A stretch of DNA of 62,965 bases, counting the filler, from Collodictyon triciliatum (lineage: Eukaryota), in NCBI GenBank assembly GCA_043381765.1. It is 4 parts of 4 records of this genome, joined end to end, with 100 filler letters (N's around TTAATTAATTAA, not from the genome) between each part and the next. Parts side by side here need not be neighbours in the genome. Positions count along the whole stretch, not along the records: positions 27,546 to 37,963 come from JBHJMP010000791.1; positions 38,064 to 48,957 come from JBHJMP010000792.1; 2 more parts are not named here. One strand, written 5' to 3'. Both the position numbers and the translations under genes were made by a program. A model generated the notes under the pieces. That model had not been told where the DNA came from. It saw only the letters and a list, made by a program, of their open reading frames with translations, and did no database searches. Positions 27,739 through 41,200 of the stretch are shown here, one piece after another (position 1 is the stretch's first letter; every line of letters starts with the position of its first letter).

Positions 27739-28302
27739 ATAAAAAAAGAATAAAAAAAGAATAAAAAAAGAATAAAAAAGAATAAAAAAAGAATAAAAAA
27801 AGAATAAAAAAAGAATAAAAAAGGATAAAAAAAGATAAAAAAAGAATAAAAAAGAGAGGTCCATGCATCATAAAATTTCTTGTTATCCTCGTCGGCGCAG
27901 TAGGCGATGACATTTATGATATGGGTTGCAGTGGCGTTATGATAAAGTAATATAAGCACAGCTGCCCAATGATATTCGTACATGAGCACGCAAACCTGAC
28001 CACCCAATAGACTGTGATATGTATTATTCTCATCCTTTTTTCTTCTCCAATTCCATCACCGTGTTTTTTTTTTCATATTTATTTTTATTCTCATGGGTGA
28101 TTTGATGGTGATTGGTTCAGAGAGAACACCAAAGGGAACCTGTCGACAAGGGTTTCTCGTAAACTTGGCCTTTGCTGGTGCAGATATGGGTAAAACCAGG
28201 AAAAGAGTTGATTGTTGTTTGAAGAAAATGCGTGGGTCGTGCGAGAAATCGAAGCGCAGTGGAGTCCCACCCCAAAAAAGCAAACCAGAAGCACATATCT
28301 GG

Positions 28303-28506
28303 TTACTTAATCTGACTTCTCGTGCACCCACGCGGCTCGATGTCCATCGAAAGGGCTACAGCAGATAAGGTAAAATGGATTTATATGATGACATAATTCA
28401 ATTATGACTATTTTTCCTTCCAATCTGGTTGCCATACCGAACATAGAGTCCTCGTCTGCGGCAGGGAATCCTATTCAGAGCAAAATCATGAATTACGACA
28501 TGCGCG

Positions 28507-28559
<53 letters not shown>

Positions 28560-31500
28560 TTTTATTTATTTTTTTTTTTTTTTTTTTTGTTGTTGGAACA
28601 TACAAGGAATTTGTTACAGTTTTTTTTTTTTTTTGACAGCAATGCATTTCCTTTTCTCTATATAATACACTAGCATACTAACCCTCCATTTGCTTGTATA
28701 TCTCAGGCTCAATTGCAAATGGATAATCTAGTGTCTTGATCTGTCCATTCAATAAGTTTTTTTTTTAGGTTGATGTAATTAGAGTTATAAGTGGCAAATA
28801 CAAACACTTTCAAAAAGCTTGCACATACCTTTTCAATCTCAGAAATAACTTTGTAAAGCAGCACAGTCTTTTTCGCATTGATCAGTTTAGGTTCCTCGGA
28901 CGAAAATGTCTTATTTCCTTCATTATTACATGTGAGTGATAAAATGGTGTCAATAAAAAAAAAATATTTAACGGGTTCAAAAAGAGCACATTACTTATGC
29001 ATTACTTTATTTAATTTTTTTAACATACCAACGTCAATAAAAGTGAAATCCGATAGGTATATTCCTAAGATAATTAAACATTATCCTAGACTCTAGTATT
29101 TTCTGTTCGCAAAAATAAATCTTAAGAAAAGAAAAGAAAAGAAAAGAAAAGAAAAGAAAAGAAAAGAAAAGAAAAGAAAAGAAAAGAAAAGAAAAGAAAA
29201 GAAAAGAAAAGACAAAAAGAAAAGAAAAAAGAAAGAAAAAAGAAAGAAAAAAGAAAGAAAAAAGAAAGAAAAAAGAAAGAAAAAAGAAAGAAAAAAGAAA
29301 GAAAAAAAGAAAAAAAGAAAGAAAGAAAAAAAANNNNNNNNNNNNNNNNNNNNNNNNNNNNNNNNNNNNNNNNNNNNNNNNNNNNNNNNNNNNNNNNNNN
29401 NNNNNNNNNNNAAAAAAAAGAAAAAAAAGAAAAAAAGAAAAAAAGAAAATAAATCTGAAAGACAAGGAAAGACAAGGAAAGAAAAGGAAAAGAAAGGTGA
29501 GAAAAAAAGAAAAAAAGAAAAAAAGAAAAAAAGAAAAAAAGAAAAAAAGAAAAGAAAAAAGAAAAAAAGAAAAGAAAAAAGAAAAAAAGAAAAAAAGAAA
29601 GAAGAAAAAGAAAAAAAAGAAAAAAAGAAAAAAAGAAAAAAAGAAAAAAAGAAAAAAAGAAAAAAAGAAAAAAAGAAAAAAAGAAAAAAAGAAAAAAAGA
29701 AAAAAAGAAAAAAAAAGGGGTGTACCTCTGAAGTTCGCAGAGCGGTTTGTGTTTATGGGGGAATATTAACCAAAAACAATATTAGTATCTCAATATGTTA
29801 TACGCCAGGATATAAATTCAACTAAAAATGTTTAGGTGCATACAAATATGGGACGCATGGAGATCTGTCGTCTCTGAGAAGCTCGCGATACTCTTTGAAA
29901 GAGCCATCAGGCGAAAATATTTTTTCAATATGCTTTATAAACTACAATGTGTTACGGTTTTTTTTTTTTTTTTAAAAAAAAATAAAATAAAAATTACATT
30001 TCTCCGTCAAAGCTGTGACAAATTTTTCTCAAATGCATGGGTGAATTATGTATCACAATTGTTTTTGCACAAAAATGAAAGGAAAATAACAAAACATAAT
30101 AAAATGCATCACAATTATTGAAGGATAATTACGTTCTTGCAGTGCTCCGGTAACTCGTCTTTTGTGAAGCGAAGTCTGTATATCGGTGAAGATTTCAGCG
30201 ACGAAAGGATGGCGAAAAGGGCATTATAATTTCTTAACTTCAAGAGATTCTATTTAAGTTCAGATTAAACGTTCGTTAAGTAAACCAATGTTATGTATAA
30301 AAGTTTACCAATTAAAATCCGGGATGAGTTTTGCGTTCATAAAAATAAAGATAAAATGTAGTACATGCCGCATACTCCATATTACCTCAGCCAATTTAAG
30401 AATCTTTGTCACAAGCTTAACTCTCTTCTTGATTTTTGGTGTCCATAGAATGATAGACGATATCCAGTCGCATAGCTACAAAACACATCAAATTTTGCAT
30501 AAATCAAAAAAAATTCACTCAGTATTTCTACAAAATCAATGCAAATTAGAAGCTGGGAACCATATCATGATGCCCAAGCTCATTAAATTGAGATATATTA
30601 GATTCGCATTAAGACATTATAAAATGTTTTTTTTTTAAAAAAGAATTAGTATGGCTGAGACCTCGTTGAACCTCTTAATCATCTTCCTAATATTTGGTGC
30701 CTTCGTTTGGTCTTTCGAATTCCAAGCTTGATCGAGAAACTCATGGCTCTAGTACGAAAAAGAAGTTTTTTTTTTTAAAAAAAAAGAGAATCGACTACAA
30801 AGTCTCATTCATGCTTTGATTTTTTTTAATAAATATTATTACTAAATATCCACACTTTTTTATTTCGATTTGTTTAGAGAACATAGTGATGGTAAAAAAA
30901 AAAAAAACAACAACCATAAATTGTAATTGATATTGGAAACACAACAGAAATACAGAAGTTCGATAATTGTCGCTGGAATTATTTCTTACCTTGATATTTC
31001 GAAAACACTTCATATCAAAGAGACATAATTGTTGCGCAAGCACCATAAGATCATTTTTTCGAATCACCATAGAAGGACTGAAGTCCGCGGTTCCTTTAAC
31101 CTGTTTTTCGAATTTAAGTAGATGAGTTGGGAGCCAAAGTTGCTGAGAAAATTACTGCTACCAAACAATTTGTGCTGTTGCTATAAATGTAGATTACATT
31201 CATTTGACGCATGTCACGAAAAGTTCCTCTAGTTTCAGATGATTTCTATTCGGTTGTATTCGTCAAAAGAGTAACATAAGAAAAAGAAATCTAATGTGGA
31301 GAGCAAACACTACTGCAAGTTTTCGTTGCGCACTAGTACACTTCCATTATGATATGGGGCAAATAGTTTTTTTTCTAAGTAAATGGAAAAGGAAGTTAGA
31401 AAAACCTTCCTCAGATGCTCGAGTAATCTCCTACAGGAGGCATTCTTAGGGTCTTTATCCGTTACGTGAGATAAGAAGCCTTTAAGCTGAAATATAGGCC

Positions 31501-34500
31501 TCCAGTAAGTCATGACATACATATGACAGTTGTAAAGGTGTAAAAAAAATAGAGGGAGGTTTCATAGTTAGACACTAACTTTATTCTCCAATTCATTTCC
31601 AGGCATTGTTCCACGAGCTACAGTCCATTTCTCAAGAATATTGAGAACGTGAGATTGGATACTGGATAGATTGGCAGATTTCCACTACATTTGAATTGGT
31701 GAAGTACAATCAATCATTAAGAGATGTATTCTATGTTCGATAGACTAGTTGTGTTTAGGGTGCACACAAAAGCTACATGTATGGAGATTTCAAACTAACG
31801 TGCGATATTATCGAAGTGTCATACAGAGGGCCGTTATATCTATAATNNNNNNNNNNNNNNNNNNNNNNNNNNNNNNNNNNNNNNNNNNNNNNNNNNNNNN
31901 NNNNNNNNNNNNNNNNNNNNNNNNNNNNNNNNNNNNNNNNNNNNNNNNNNNNNNNNNNNNNNNNNNNNNNNNNNNNNNNNNNNNNNNNNNNNNNNNNNNN
32001 NNNNNNNNNNNNNNNNNNNNNNNNNNNNNNNNNNNNNNNNNNNNNNNNNNNNNNNNNNNNNNNNNNNNNNNNNNNNNNNNNNNNNNNNNNNNNNNNNNNN
32101 NNNNNNNNNNNNNNNNNNNNNNNNNNNNNNNNNNNNNNNNNNNNNNNNNNNNNNNNNNNNNNNNNNNNNNNNNNNNNNNNNNNNNNNNNNNNNNNNNNNN
32201 NNNNNNNNNNNNNNNNNNNNNNNNNNNNNNNNNNNNNNNNNNNNNNNNNNNNNNNNNNNNNNNNNNNNNNNNNNNNNNNNNNNNNNNNNNNNNNNNNNNN
32301 NNNNNNNNNNNNNNNNATGATCAAAATGTTGGCGAAAAGAGGCGATGACAAATAGACGGGCTAATTGCTGCACAATAATTAATCCGGGGACAAGAAAGGT
32401 AGGGTATATGAAAACATAAACATAAATTTAAAGATCAAACCAAAAAACCAAAAAAAAAACCCAATTAAAACCAAATAAAAACCAAAGCAAGACCTGAAAG
32501 AGGACTCTCCTGTGAATTGCTGATTAAAGCCAAGAACATTATATATGTTTTCTGCCTCCAGTAAATGAGTCGAACGCGAGGCATCCGAGTCCTGTAAATT
32601 TAGAGAATGACAAATAATTGATGACAGAACAGTATTAGATTAAATGATATCACAAAGGCATATACCAACATGGTATGATAAAAAAAGAGAAAAAAAAAGA
32701 ACAGTACCTCAGATGGATGCTTTGATTGATACTCAAAAGAAGTGATATCGTTATATATTTGTATGAGAGAGGATGTCACCTAAGTAAATAATAACTAATG
32801 ATTCATGTATTCTTTTTAATGAGAGGAATACACATAAAATATAAAAAAATGCGAAAATTAGTCGTAAATTGACGCAAATTGAAAAAGATGAGCAGACTTT
32901 GGTAGCTTGAGATACAATTTGGGACAAAAAGACTGAGGAAAACTCTTCCAAAATGTCTTCTTTTGGTGAAGTTATTCTTGAGGAGATTTGGCTCATGAAC
33001 TAAAAAAAATTATTATATTTTAATATGTATTCTGAATTTTAGAGTAATTTGGAAGCATCAATGGGTGAACATGGATATACAGATTACCTCTCGATAAGTA
33101 GTGATGGCATTCTCTGTTTGAGCAAAGAGCAACTGGGTAAAGTTTTCGTCAAGTGTCATCATGTAGATGTCTTGAACCTGATACCAAGAAGTTTCTGCAG
33201 TATGTATTAGTGTCAGTGAAAATAAATAGCTTAAATTATAAAAAAGGAAAATAAAATTCATTAAAGCTGGACAAATGAAATGGAAATAAAGTTAAGGCAA
33301 TAAGATACACCAGTATGAACATACCGAATGTAACGCGATACTCTTCCATAGTTCTTGTCACTGACTTTTCCTCAGGATTTGTGAGTACTTTCCTAGTGAG
33401 CTATTTTTAAAGAATAAATGACACCATTCATTCTTTGACCATTTGCTAAATCAAATGCTATATCGTTATACCTCAAAAGTGTACAAAATTGCTTTTTTAA
33501 GTCCATCAAGAGTTTTGAAGTATGCATGATCACTTGTTATCTATGACATCCCAGGGAGTGAAAGTTAGTTAGGAGAAGAAAGAAACTATTCACATAATCC
33601 CAATAGCATCGGGCTCTTACCACATCAGCCTTTTGATTAAATTGTAGCAAAAGATCTTGCATCTTCTCTCCCGAAAAATAGAACTAGTGCACATAAGGGA
33701 AATTCATCAGATTGAATTCAAATAATTTATTAAATCAATACTTAATTATAGATAGGTACTATAGCAAAATAAAACGATGTAATTGCTATTAATGTACCTG
33801 TTCACAATAAGAGTAGATCCTTTCAACATTTCTTGTCTCAAACATAAATATAAGCGCAGCTTCTTTGCACGCCTCAAAGTCAGTAAATCTGTATAAATAT
33901 CAAGATGGCGATTAAAAATTAATGGGCTGTTTTGTTGTTTCTTGACCTAGCTCTTTTTCCATCATGTAAAGTAGATGTGTCAGAAAAAATAAAAGGAGGA
34001 AAAATAAATGTGAAGATGTACACCTTGGGCACAGCAGAGGGTCAAGCTCTTCTTGCATGCATGATTTAATCTGCTCGATATAGACTTTGAGGGTGGGTTT
34101 TAGCTCATCAACCTAAGCAATTTTCCCCCATCTTTCAGTATTTAATAAATATAGAATTCAATAACTACACATCAAGCATATTTAGACTAGATTACCAAAA
34201 CGCTCTGTTAAACTAATTAAAACTACTTGTTTTTTCAATATCAGTGTCAAGGACTCTTCAGCGATGGACTGACAGAAAATCCCAACAAGTTCGCTGAGAT
34301 ATTGGAGGTGGCTCATAATAAACTTAATACCTATTTGGATGCATAAATAAGCTGGGATTTTTCCATATATAATGTGGTTTTAACTGTTTAATCTTTAAAA
34401 TATTTTTTACTTGAGTATATTTCGGCACCAGCTTCTGACTTCATGTTTAAGATGTCATTTGTAGCTTTAATTATACGAAGACAAATGGAATTGGCCCATT

Positions 34501-37500
34501 CCTATGATGTATGCTATTTGATTAGATGCGACAAAAATTAAACATTTCAAATAAGACATCTGTGTATGCTTGAAGCTCACTTTATTGACGGCGTCAGAGA
34601 GAAGATGTTCAAATCTATTGGCTTTGTCAAATAATTCTTGTGTGGGTTCCATGATCTAAATAGGTAGAGGTGAGCATATGATGCCATTTCTAATTCTATT
34701 TTTTTCAAGAAAATTCGTATTCAATGTAGATGTCGCCGTACGCAGTAGCCATATTTTTTAAATTTTTTTGGCAGGGAAGAAGGACATGAAAAAGAAAATA
34801 ATAAGAAAATAATAAGAAAATAATAAGAAAATAATAAGAAAAAAGAAAGAAAAAAGAAAGAAAAAAGAAAGAAAAAAGAAAGAAAAAAGAAAGAAAAAAG
34901 AAAGAAAAAAGAAAGAAAAAAGAAAGAAAAAGAAAGAAAAAAAAAAAAAAAAAGAAAGAAAAAAGAAAGAAAAAAGAAAGAAAAAAGAAAGAAAAAAGAA
35001 AGAAAAAAGAAAGAAAAAAGAAAGAAAAAAGAAAGAAAAAAGAAAGAAAAAAGAAAGAAAAAGACATAATGCTTACAAAATCGACTCCAAGTCCCTCTGT
35101 GGCACATCTTAATCCATATGTCAGAAACTATGTTCCGTGTAAAAATTACTATTTTTTTTAAAAAGCAATCATAATTTCACTAAACAAGAAAGAGTGTCTA
35201 TGGCTTACTGTCTCTAGCGCAGACTTTAACTCGTGAGCAGAATCCATGTAAATATCCCTATGATGTGAATTGAGAAAACATGTGAAATAATTTATGTGCC
35301 CCTACACAGTTCTGATAGTTGCTAATGTGTCACTATTGGATTAGGTTCGATAGAAACGAATATAGTATGTTTACTAACCTCACTACTGTCCGATCAGCAA
35401 CATCAATTCCAGATAGCTAAATAAGATACATATTGTTTCAATAGCTAACGTGCTTCACAATCCAGTGACATTTGTATACCTGATGGTTTATATGATAGAA
35501 CAAAGATGAATTACGTGGCTCAAGAAAATGTCTCCGAATCTCTGAAGAGAGGCTATTTGCTTTTCTAGTCCACTTTCACGTTCTATGGGGAAAAGTTCTT
35601 TTGTAAGACCAAGGCTATTTACCAAGAGCGCCAAGTATGGTCCACATATCGTGCTGAGTATGCCAATTTACAAAGCATTATAAAAAAATGTGAGAATATG
35701 CTTACTTTGGACAGATATGATGAAAGCACCGAGCTGGTCTGTAGAATATAAATAGTGTTAAATTGCCGTGAATAAGATATTATGAAGACGGTGATTTTTT
35801 TTTTTTTTTTTAGATTTACAGAAAAACAACTTCTCATTTTTGCGCATTCACTGCTGACCAAATCCTCCACGGTCAGGTGGACAGGGTTTCCTGGGCTGGG
35901 CGACAGTAACAAAATTTTTCAACCAAAAAAAATTTTTTTTTTGGTAAAATGCGTAAAAAATAATAATAAAATGTTGAAGTAGGTCATACTTGAGACACTT
36001 AATATATAAGACATTTAAAAACCAAAAATGCTGATTATTAAAATCACTAAGTAAAATTATCATATCGCATCGGAATAATTTTGATTGAGATTATTGCATT
36101 TTAGAACATACGATGAGAATTTATCGAGTACATCATCCTACCGGTCGATTGTTAAAATATTAATTGGGAGCTAGTTTTCGAGATTTTGTGACCATACATA
36201 TATTATGTCAACCATGGGGAAGTAAAAGCAAGTTTGTGTAAAGCATCTACACATACACCGCTTTTTTTAATTAAAAATATTACCAGAGACTTGGATGCAT
36301 GATTTGCATATGCCGGGGATACGAGCACGCTTCTCAGACGATGACGTTGTGGTATGGGGGCTTCTGGTTGCGGTGTTCTGCATTAATATTCAACAAGTGA
36401 TTAAGATACTAATGAATGCTAATGACCAAAGAAAAAAGTTCAAGTTTCCGATGGTTCGATATTGTTAGAGTATATCTCCATACGATGCCGATGTATTTTC
36501 TGTCAGGTGAGGTCTTGAAAAGGGGTTTGCCTATATATATATATATATGTCGTAATAGATAAATGTAAGATTTTTTCCCTTTATTCGACTCAAATAAATA
36601 AATAATAAATAAATAAATAATAAATAAATAAATAATAAATAAATAAATAATAAATAAATAAATAATAAATAAATAAATAATAAATAAATAATAAATAAAT
36701 AAATAAATAATAAATAATAAATAAATAAATAATAAATAAATAAATAATAAATAAATAATAAATAAAAATAAATATAAATAAATAAAAATAAATAATAAAT
36801 AAATAAAAATAAATAATAAATAAATAAAAATAAATAATAAATAAAAATAAATAAATAATAAATATAAATAAATAAAATAAATAAAAATAAATGTAAGATA
36901 AACAGGCAAAATATATATCATATCAATTAGAACTGGGGTGAAAATAAGAGTGCTTCATTGGATCAGAAAATAAAATATAATAAACAAAGCATGTGTTCAA
37001 AATAATAGAGCCGATTCGAACCAGTAAATGGACTTCTTGACTGTTGATGTATGTTTGATACTCTGAAGCTCCGAAAGGATTTCCATCATCAGATTCGTGT
37101 GTTGTGCTGAGTGGATGTGTTTTAAATGGTTTTCCCCTCAAAATAGAAAAGTATGCGCTAAGACGGAGATATTCTTATGAACTGACTATATCTAAAATAA
37201 AAACAAAAGAATGTGTATTTTATACGATAACCAATGCCAACCTGTCGAGTGCCTCTATCGTCGAAGACAAGGATGTTTCTGACAAATAGGATTCATCTAA
37301 CAGACCACGAAAAAAAAATTAAGCTCTATGGATGAGAAGGCATCGAATATATATTAGAGCCCCCGCAGAGTTAGTCACCTTGTATTATCTCTGGAGCACT
37401 TTCTACAGCCTTTACTAATGATGACAAAGCAGTAATGCACAAACGGAAAGACACGGCTACATCATTCTACAAAATACATAAATAAATAGAGTTCATATAT

Positions 37501-37723
37501 ATTTATGCTGCTATGGACGCAATCTTCTCTACGAAAAAGGAGTATATCTAACACCAAAGAATTCTACTTATACTATTAGTGTCTATTGATTGTGAATAAA
37601 ATGATATTTACTATGTGAGATTATTTTCACCTTAAACATGGATTCTCCAGAATTGACAAATACCCTCACAGACTGAACGAGTCTCGTGATAGACTTCATC
37701 AATTCATCTCCAAGGTCAGTCAG
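28303..37723 (-). CDS. Ras guanine-nucleotide exchange factor (REM plus CDC25 domain) with a long N-terminal region, 5'-truncated
   Basis: HVLNILEKW (REM); LAQQLCLFDMKCFRNIK|SHEFLDQAW...APNIRKMIKRFNE; LRNYNALFAILSSLKSSPIYRLRFT; PCVPYL|GIYLSDFTFIDV|GN...LIN; LSMDIEPR at the C-terminus. Confidence 0.9.
36559..36899 (-). mobile_element. Family-B retro-insertion with a 13-bp TSD enclosing an AT microsatellite of about 290 nt (RasGEF intron)
   Basis: ATAAATGTAAGAT at 36559-36571 and 36887-36899; between them TTTTTCCCTTTATTCGACTCAA followed by (AAATAAT/AAAT)n. Confidence 0.75.
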
Positions 37724-37963
37724 CTAAGATAATAGATCAAAAAAGATGTTCAAAATAATCAAAATAATCAAAATAATCAAAATAATCAAAATAATCAAAA
37801 AGGAAAAAAAGGAAAAAAGGAAAAAAAAGGAAAGAATATAAAAACATATAAGAATAAAATAGAATAAAATAGAATAAAATAGAATAAAATAGAATAAAAT
37901 AGAATAAAATAGAATAAAATAGAATAAAATAGAATAAAATAGAATAAAATAGAATAAAATAGA

Positions 37964-38063
37964 NNNNNNNNNNNNNNNNNNNNNNNNNNNNNNNNNNNNN
38001 NNNNNNNTTAATTAATTAANNNNNNNNNNNNNNNNNNNNNNNNNNNNNNNNNNNNNNNNNNNN
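37964..38063. other. Artificial contig-joining linker
   Basis: TTAATTAATTAA at 38008-38019 within Ns. Confidence 0.9.
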
Positions 38064-38275
38064 TTTTCTTGTTGGTGCTCTTGATTTTGTTCTTGTCTTG
38101 CGCTTCCGTGTTCTTGACATCGTTCTAGATTTCGGCCTTCTTGTTGGTGCTCTTGATTTTGTTTTTGTCTTGCGCTTCCGTGTCCTTGACATCGTTCTAG
38201 ATTTCGGCCTTCTTGTTGGTGCTCTTGATTTTGTTCTTGTCTTGCGCTTCCGTGTCCTTGACATCGTTCTAGATT
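38064..38275 (-). repeat. 72-bp coding tandem repeat (SRTMSRTRKRKTRTKSRAPTRRPK), about 3 copies visible
   Basis: Near-identical 72-nt units running into the linker. Confidence 0.9.
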
Positions 38276-41200
38276 TTGATCGAGATTTACGTTTCTGTGT
38301 TTTTGAAATCTCACGTGTGCTTTGCTTTCTACTTCGACTTTGACTTGATCTATAACTTCTTAGCTTTGATGCGAGTGTGAATGATTGTATGTGTGAGGTA
38401 GACTTCTGCTTCCTAGACTTAAGTACTGTGTGGCTGTTATCTTGGCTTGTTTTAGTAAGATGCAAGGATATGGTTTCGATGCGGGTTTTTAATTGAGATT
38501 GATAGCCAGGTTTTCTTGTTTGAGTTCGATTGGCAAAGCGAGATTTGCTTAGAGACCGAGCTCTTGGGGTTTTGCTATTTTGATTTAAAATATGATCAGT
38601 TAATCGAGAATGTATAGATCATCAGTCCGTCATACACTATTATACTATATTATTGAATACGACAATATAATTAAGATGGTATTATAAGAAGAACCTTTTC
38701 GAAGCCATTCTCGGAGACGTTTGCTTTGTGAGTAATGTATTCGTATATTTTCCTCGGGATTGTGATGTGTACTGACTGTTAGTAACCATTCCATTTGATC
38801 TAGGAATCATAGAGGAACTGTCGCGAATATTTGAGGAAACACCTCTCTGTATTGATTGGGAACTAGATAAGCTTTCACTTTCACTTTGGCTTTCACTTCG
38901 ACTTTCGCTATTTCCTTGGCTATGATCAGGATAATGGCTTTGACTCTCACTCTGGCTCTCACTTTGGCTCTCACTCTGGCTCTCACTTTGGCTCTCACTT
39001 TGGCTCTCACTTTGGCTCTCACTTTGGCTCTCACTTTGGCTCTCACTTTGGCCTACACTCGGATTCAACTTGCGGCTAACACTGACACTGAGGCTGACGC
39101 CGCAAGTTAGATTGGAACTTGTGCTTTGGCTATCACTTAGACTCTCACTTAGGCTTTCACTTAGGCTTTCTGTAACACTTCCTGTTATACCATCACTAGC
39201 TACATCAGTATCTGTTTTAGGGGCACTTTGAGTCTCTGACTGGCTATTTGTTGGAGCACTGGAGATCCGAGACTCTGTGTTCGGCAGGCTCTGGCTCTGG
39301 CTATACCCATAACTCTTTGAACTATTCCAATTTTCAGTTATGGAAGAACCACTGGTCTCAGTTTCATCACTAACCTCATATTGACTTTGACTTCCACTAT
39401 TGCTTTGGCTTTCACTGCTGCTTTGGCTTTCACTGCTGCTTTGGCTTTCACTGCTGCTTTGGCTTTCACTGCTGCTTTGGCTTTCACTGCTGCTTTGGCT
39501 TTCACTGCTGCTTAGGCTTTCACTGCTGCTTAGGCTTTCACTGCTGCTTAGGCTTTCACTGCTGCTTAGGCTTTCACTGCTGCTTAGGCTTTCGATACAA
39601 CTGCGATCCTCATTTTGGCTCAATGTTTCATGACTTTTCAGTCCCTTATAAGATGCAACAGGCAAGGAAGATTTGGACCTCGTCATTTCGACGGATGAAT
39701 AGCTGAAATCACTCATCCTATAAAGATAATCTGGAGAGTAAAAGCCCTTATCGGTATTTAGTTTCATGTAACTTGAGGCTTTTGTTTCAGAACTTGGTTG
39801 TTCAAGTATTTTAACAAATCTTGGCCCCTTCCTAAAGGATATGCTATGTAGTGTGCGTTCTTGATGAAGCTGCTTTTCATTGCGATGTATTAATTCACAT
39901 GTCTTAGGCCAGTTTTTAAATAGAAAAGAGTTTGTTCCCATAGATGTAACATTACTTAATGACCTTGAACGCTTTTGCGAGATAATTCTACTATGACGCT
40001 TTTCTTCGTAAACTCCTCCATGATGTGGTTCGCATTCGTTTATATTTGATTCATCGTCAGGGGATGCGAGTAATCTTTCAAGGGAACATCCTTGCCACAC
40101 TGGTATTATCTCAGTTTGTTGGAGACTACATAAGAGTGTAAAATGGCGATTTGTACCATAAATTAATGTTCTGTGATCCATCCAGACGTTTGAGAGTCGT
40201 GTGAAGCGCTCACGTGATAAGAAATTGTCCACTTTTTTATAGAAATGACCAGGGGTTATGGATTTCTTCAAATTTGTGTTGGATTTTTGTCCATATTTAA
40301 CTAGATAATTAAGCATTAGATGTTGAAGATTGACTTGGTGAGCTTTAATAGCACTCTCTTTAAATAAAAAAAAAATGTACATTTTCTCTCTGCTTACAAA
40401 AATGTTTATAAAAATAAGGACACTTTCTGAATGTGATTAATTGCCCAAAGAAAATTGAAATGTACTTTGGATGTTATATTTCACTCGTTTTGACCGCTTC
40501 TTCACTGGGTGATGCCTCTGATTGTCACTTATGATGGAAATGGTTAAAGATGATAAAATATTTGACCAGAACATTCTAAAGTAATTTTTATATATTTTCA
40601 TATCAATAGTGCATAAGTTACCTGTTAAAGCACAACTTTGGGATGTTTTCATTAGAGGATTGCTTGCATGGTTCAATTTTTTCATCATGGGTAAGAAATT
40701 CGTGCGTTTGGTGTGAATAATCGGTCGGAACACCAAGAATAAGTGATGGCTTATCTAATGTATGTTTGTAATAACTTTCGATGTGACATCAATTTGACAT
40801 TTCATATGGTAGGGACATTATTTTGTAGCTTCTTATTATAAATGGTCAAACTGTAAGACTTACGTGTCTTCATCAAAAGGCAAAGTTGTAGAAATTTGAA
40901 CGAGCAAAATTTAGGACAATCATTTCCACCTTTGCATTTACGTCTGGCTCTGACTTTTGGGTATGATACAAAATCCACTCTGGATACAGTTGATGATGCA
41001 TTCACACTAAAGATCGATGCACGACGAATATTAGAGGGACCCAAACCAACCCAAATTAAAAGACGTGTATTTATTCCACCAAGGGAAAACGTAAGTTGAC
41101 GATTTATTTGCTCCCACTCTAATGAATCGTCTGTGGCCTGCCAACCATCATGATTGAATCGGAAAAATATGGTACGGAACCAGCCGGCCTCTATGGTGGA

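Noticed and set aside
27490-29769. Poly-F, poly-K and similar ORFs (also VY/MC, poly-I, poly-S elsewhere)
   Set aside because: Translations of microsatellites and N gaps within introns or spacers.
38064-39592. Regular repeats as a possible CRISPR array
   Set aside because: No unique spacers, unit lengths are multiples of three inside an ORF, eukaryotic context, and no cas genes.
40437-40736. 99-aa ORF as a separate gene
   Set aside because: It overlaps two internal exons and an intron of the FG-GAP gene, partly in a different frame.
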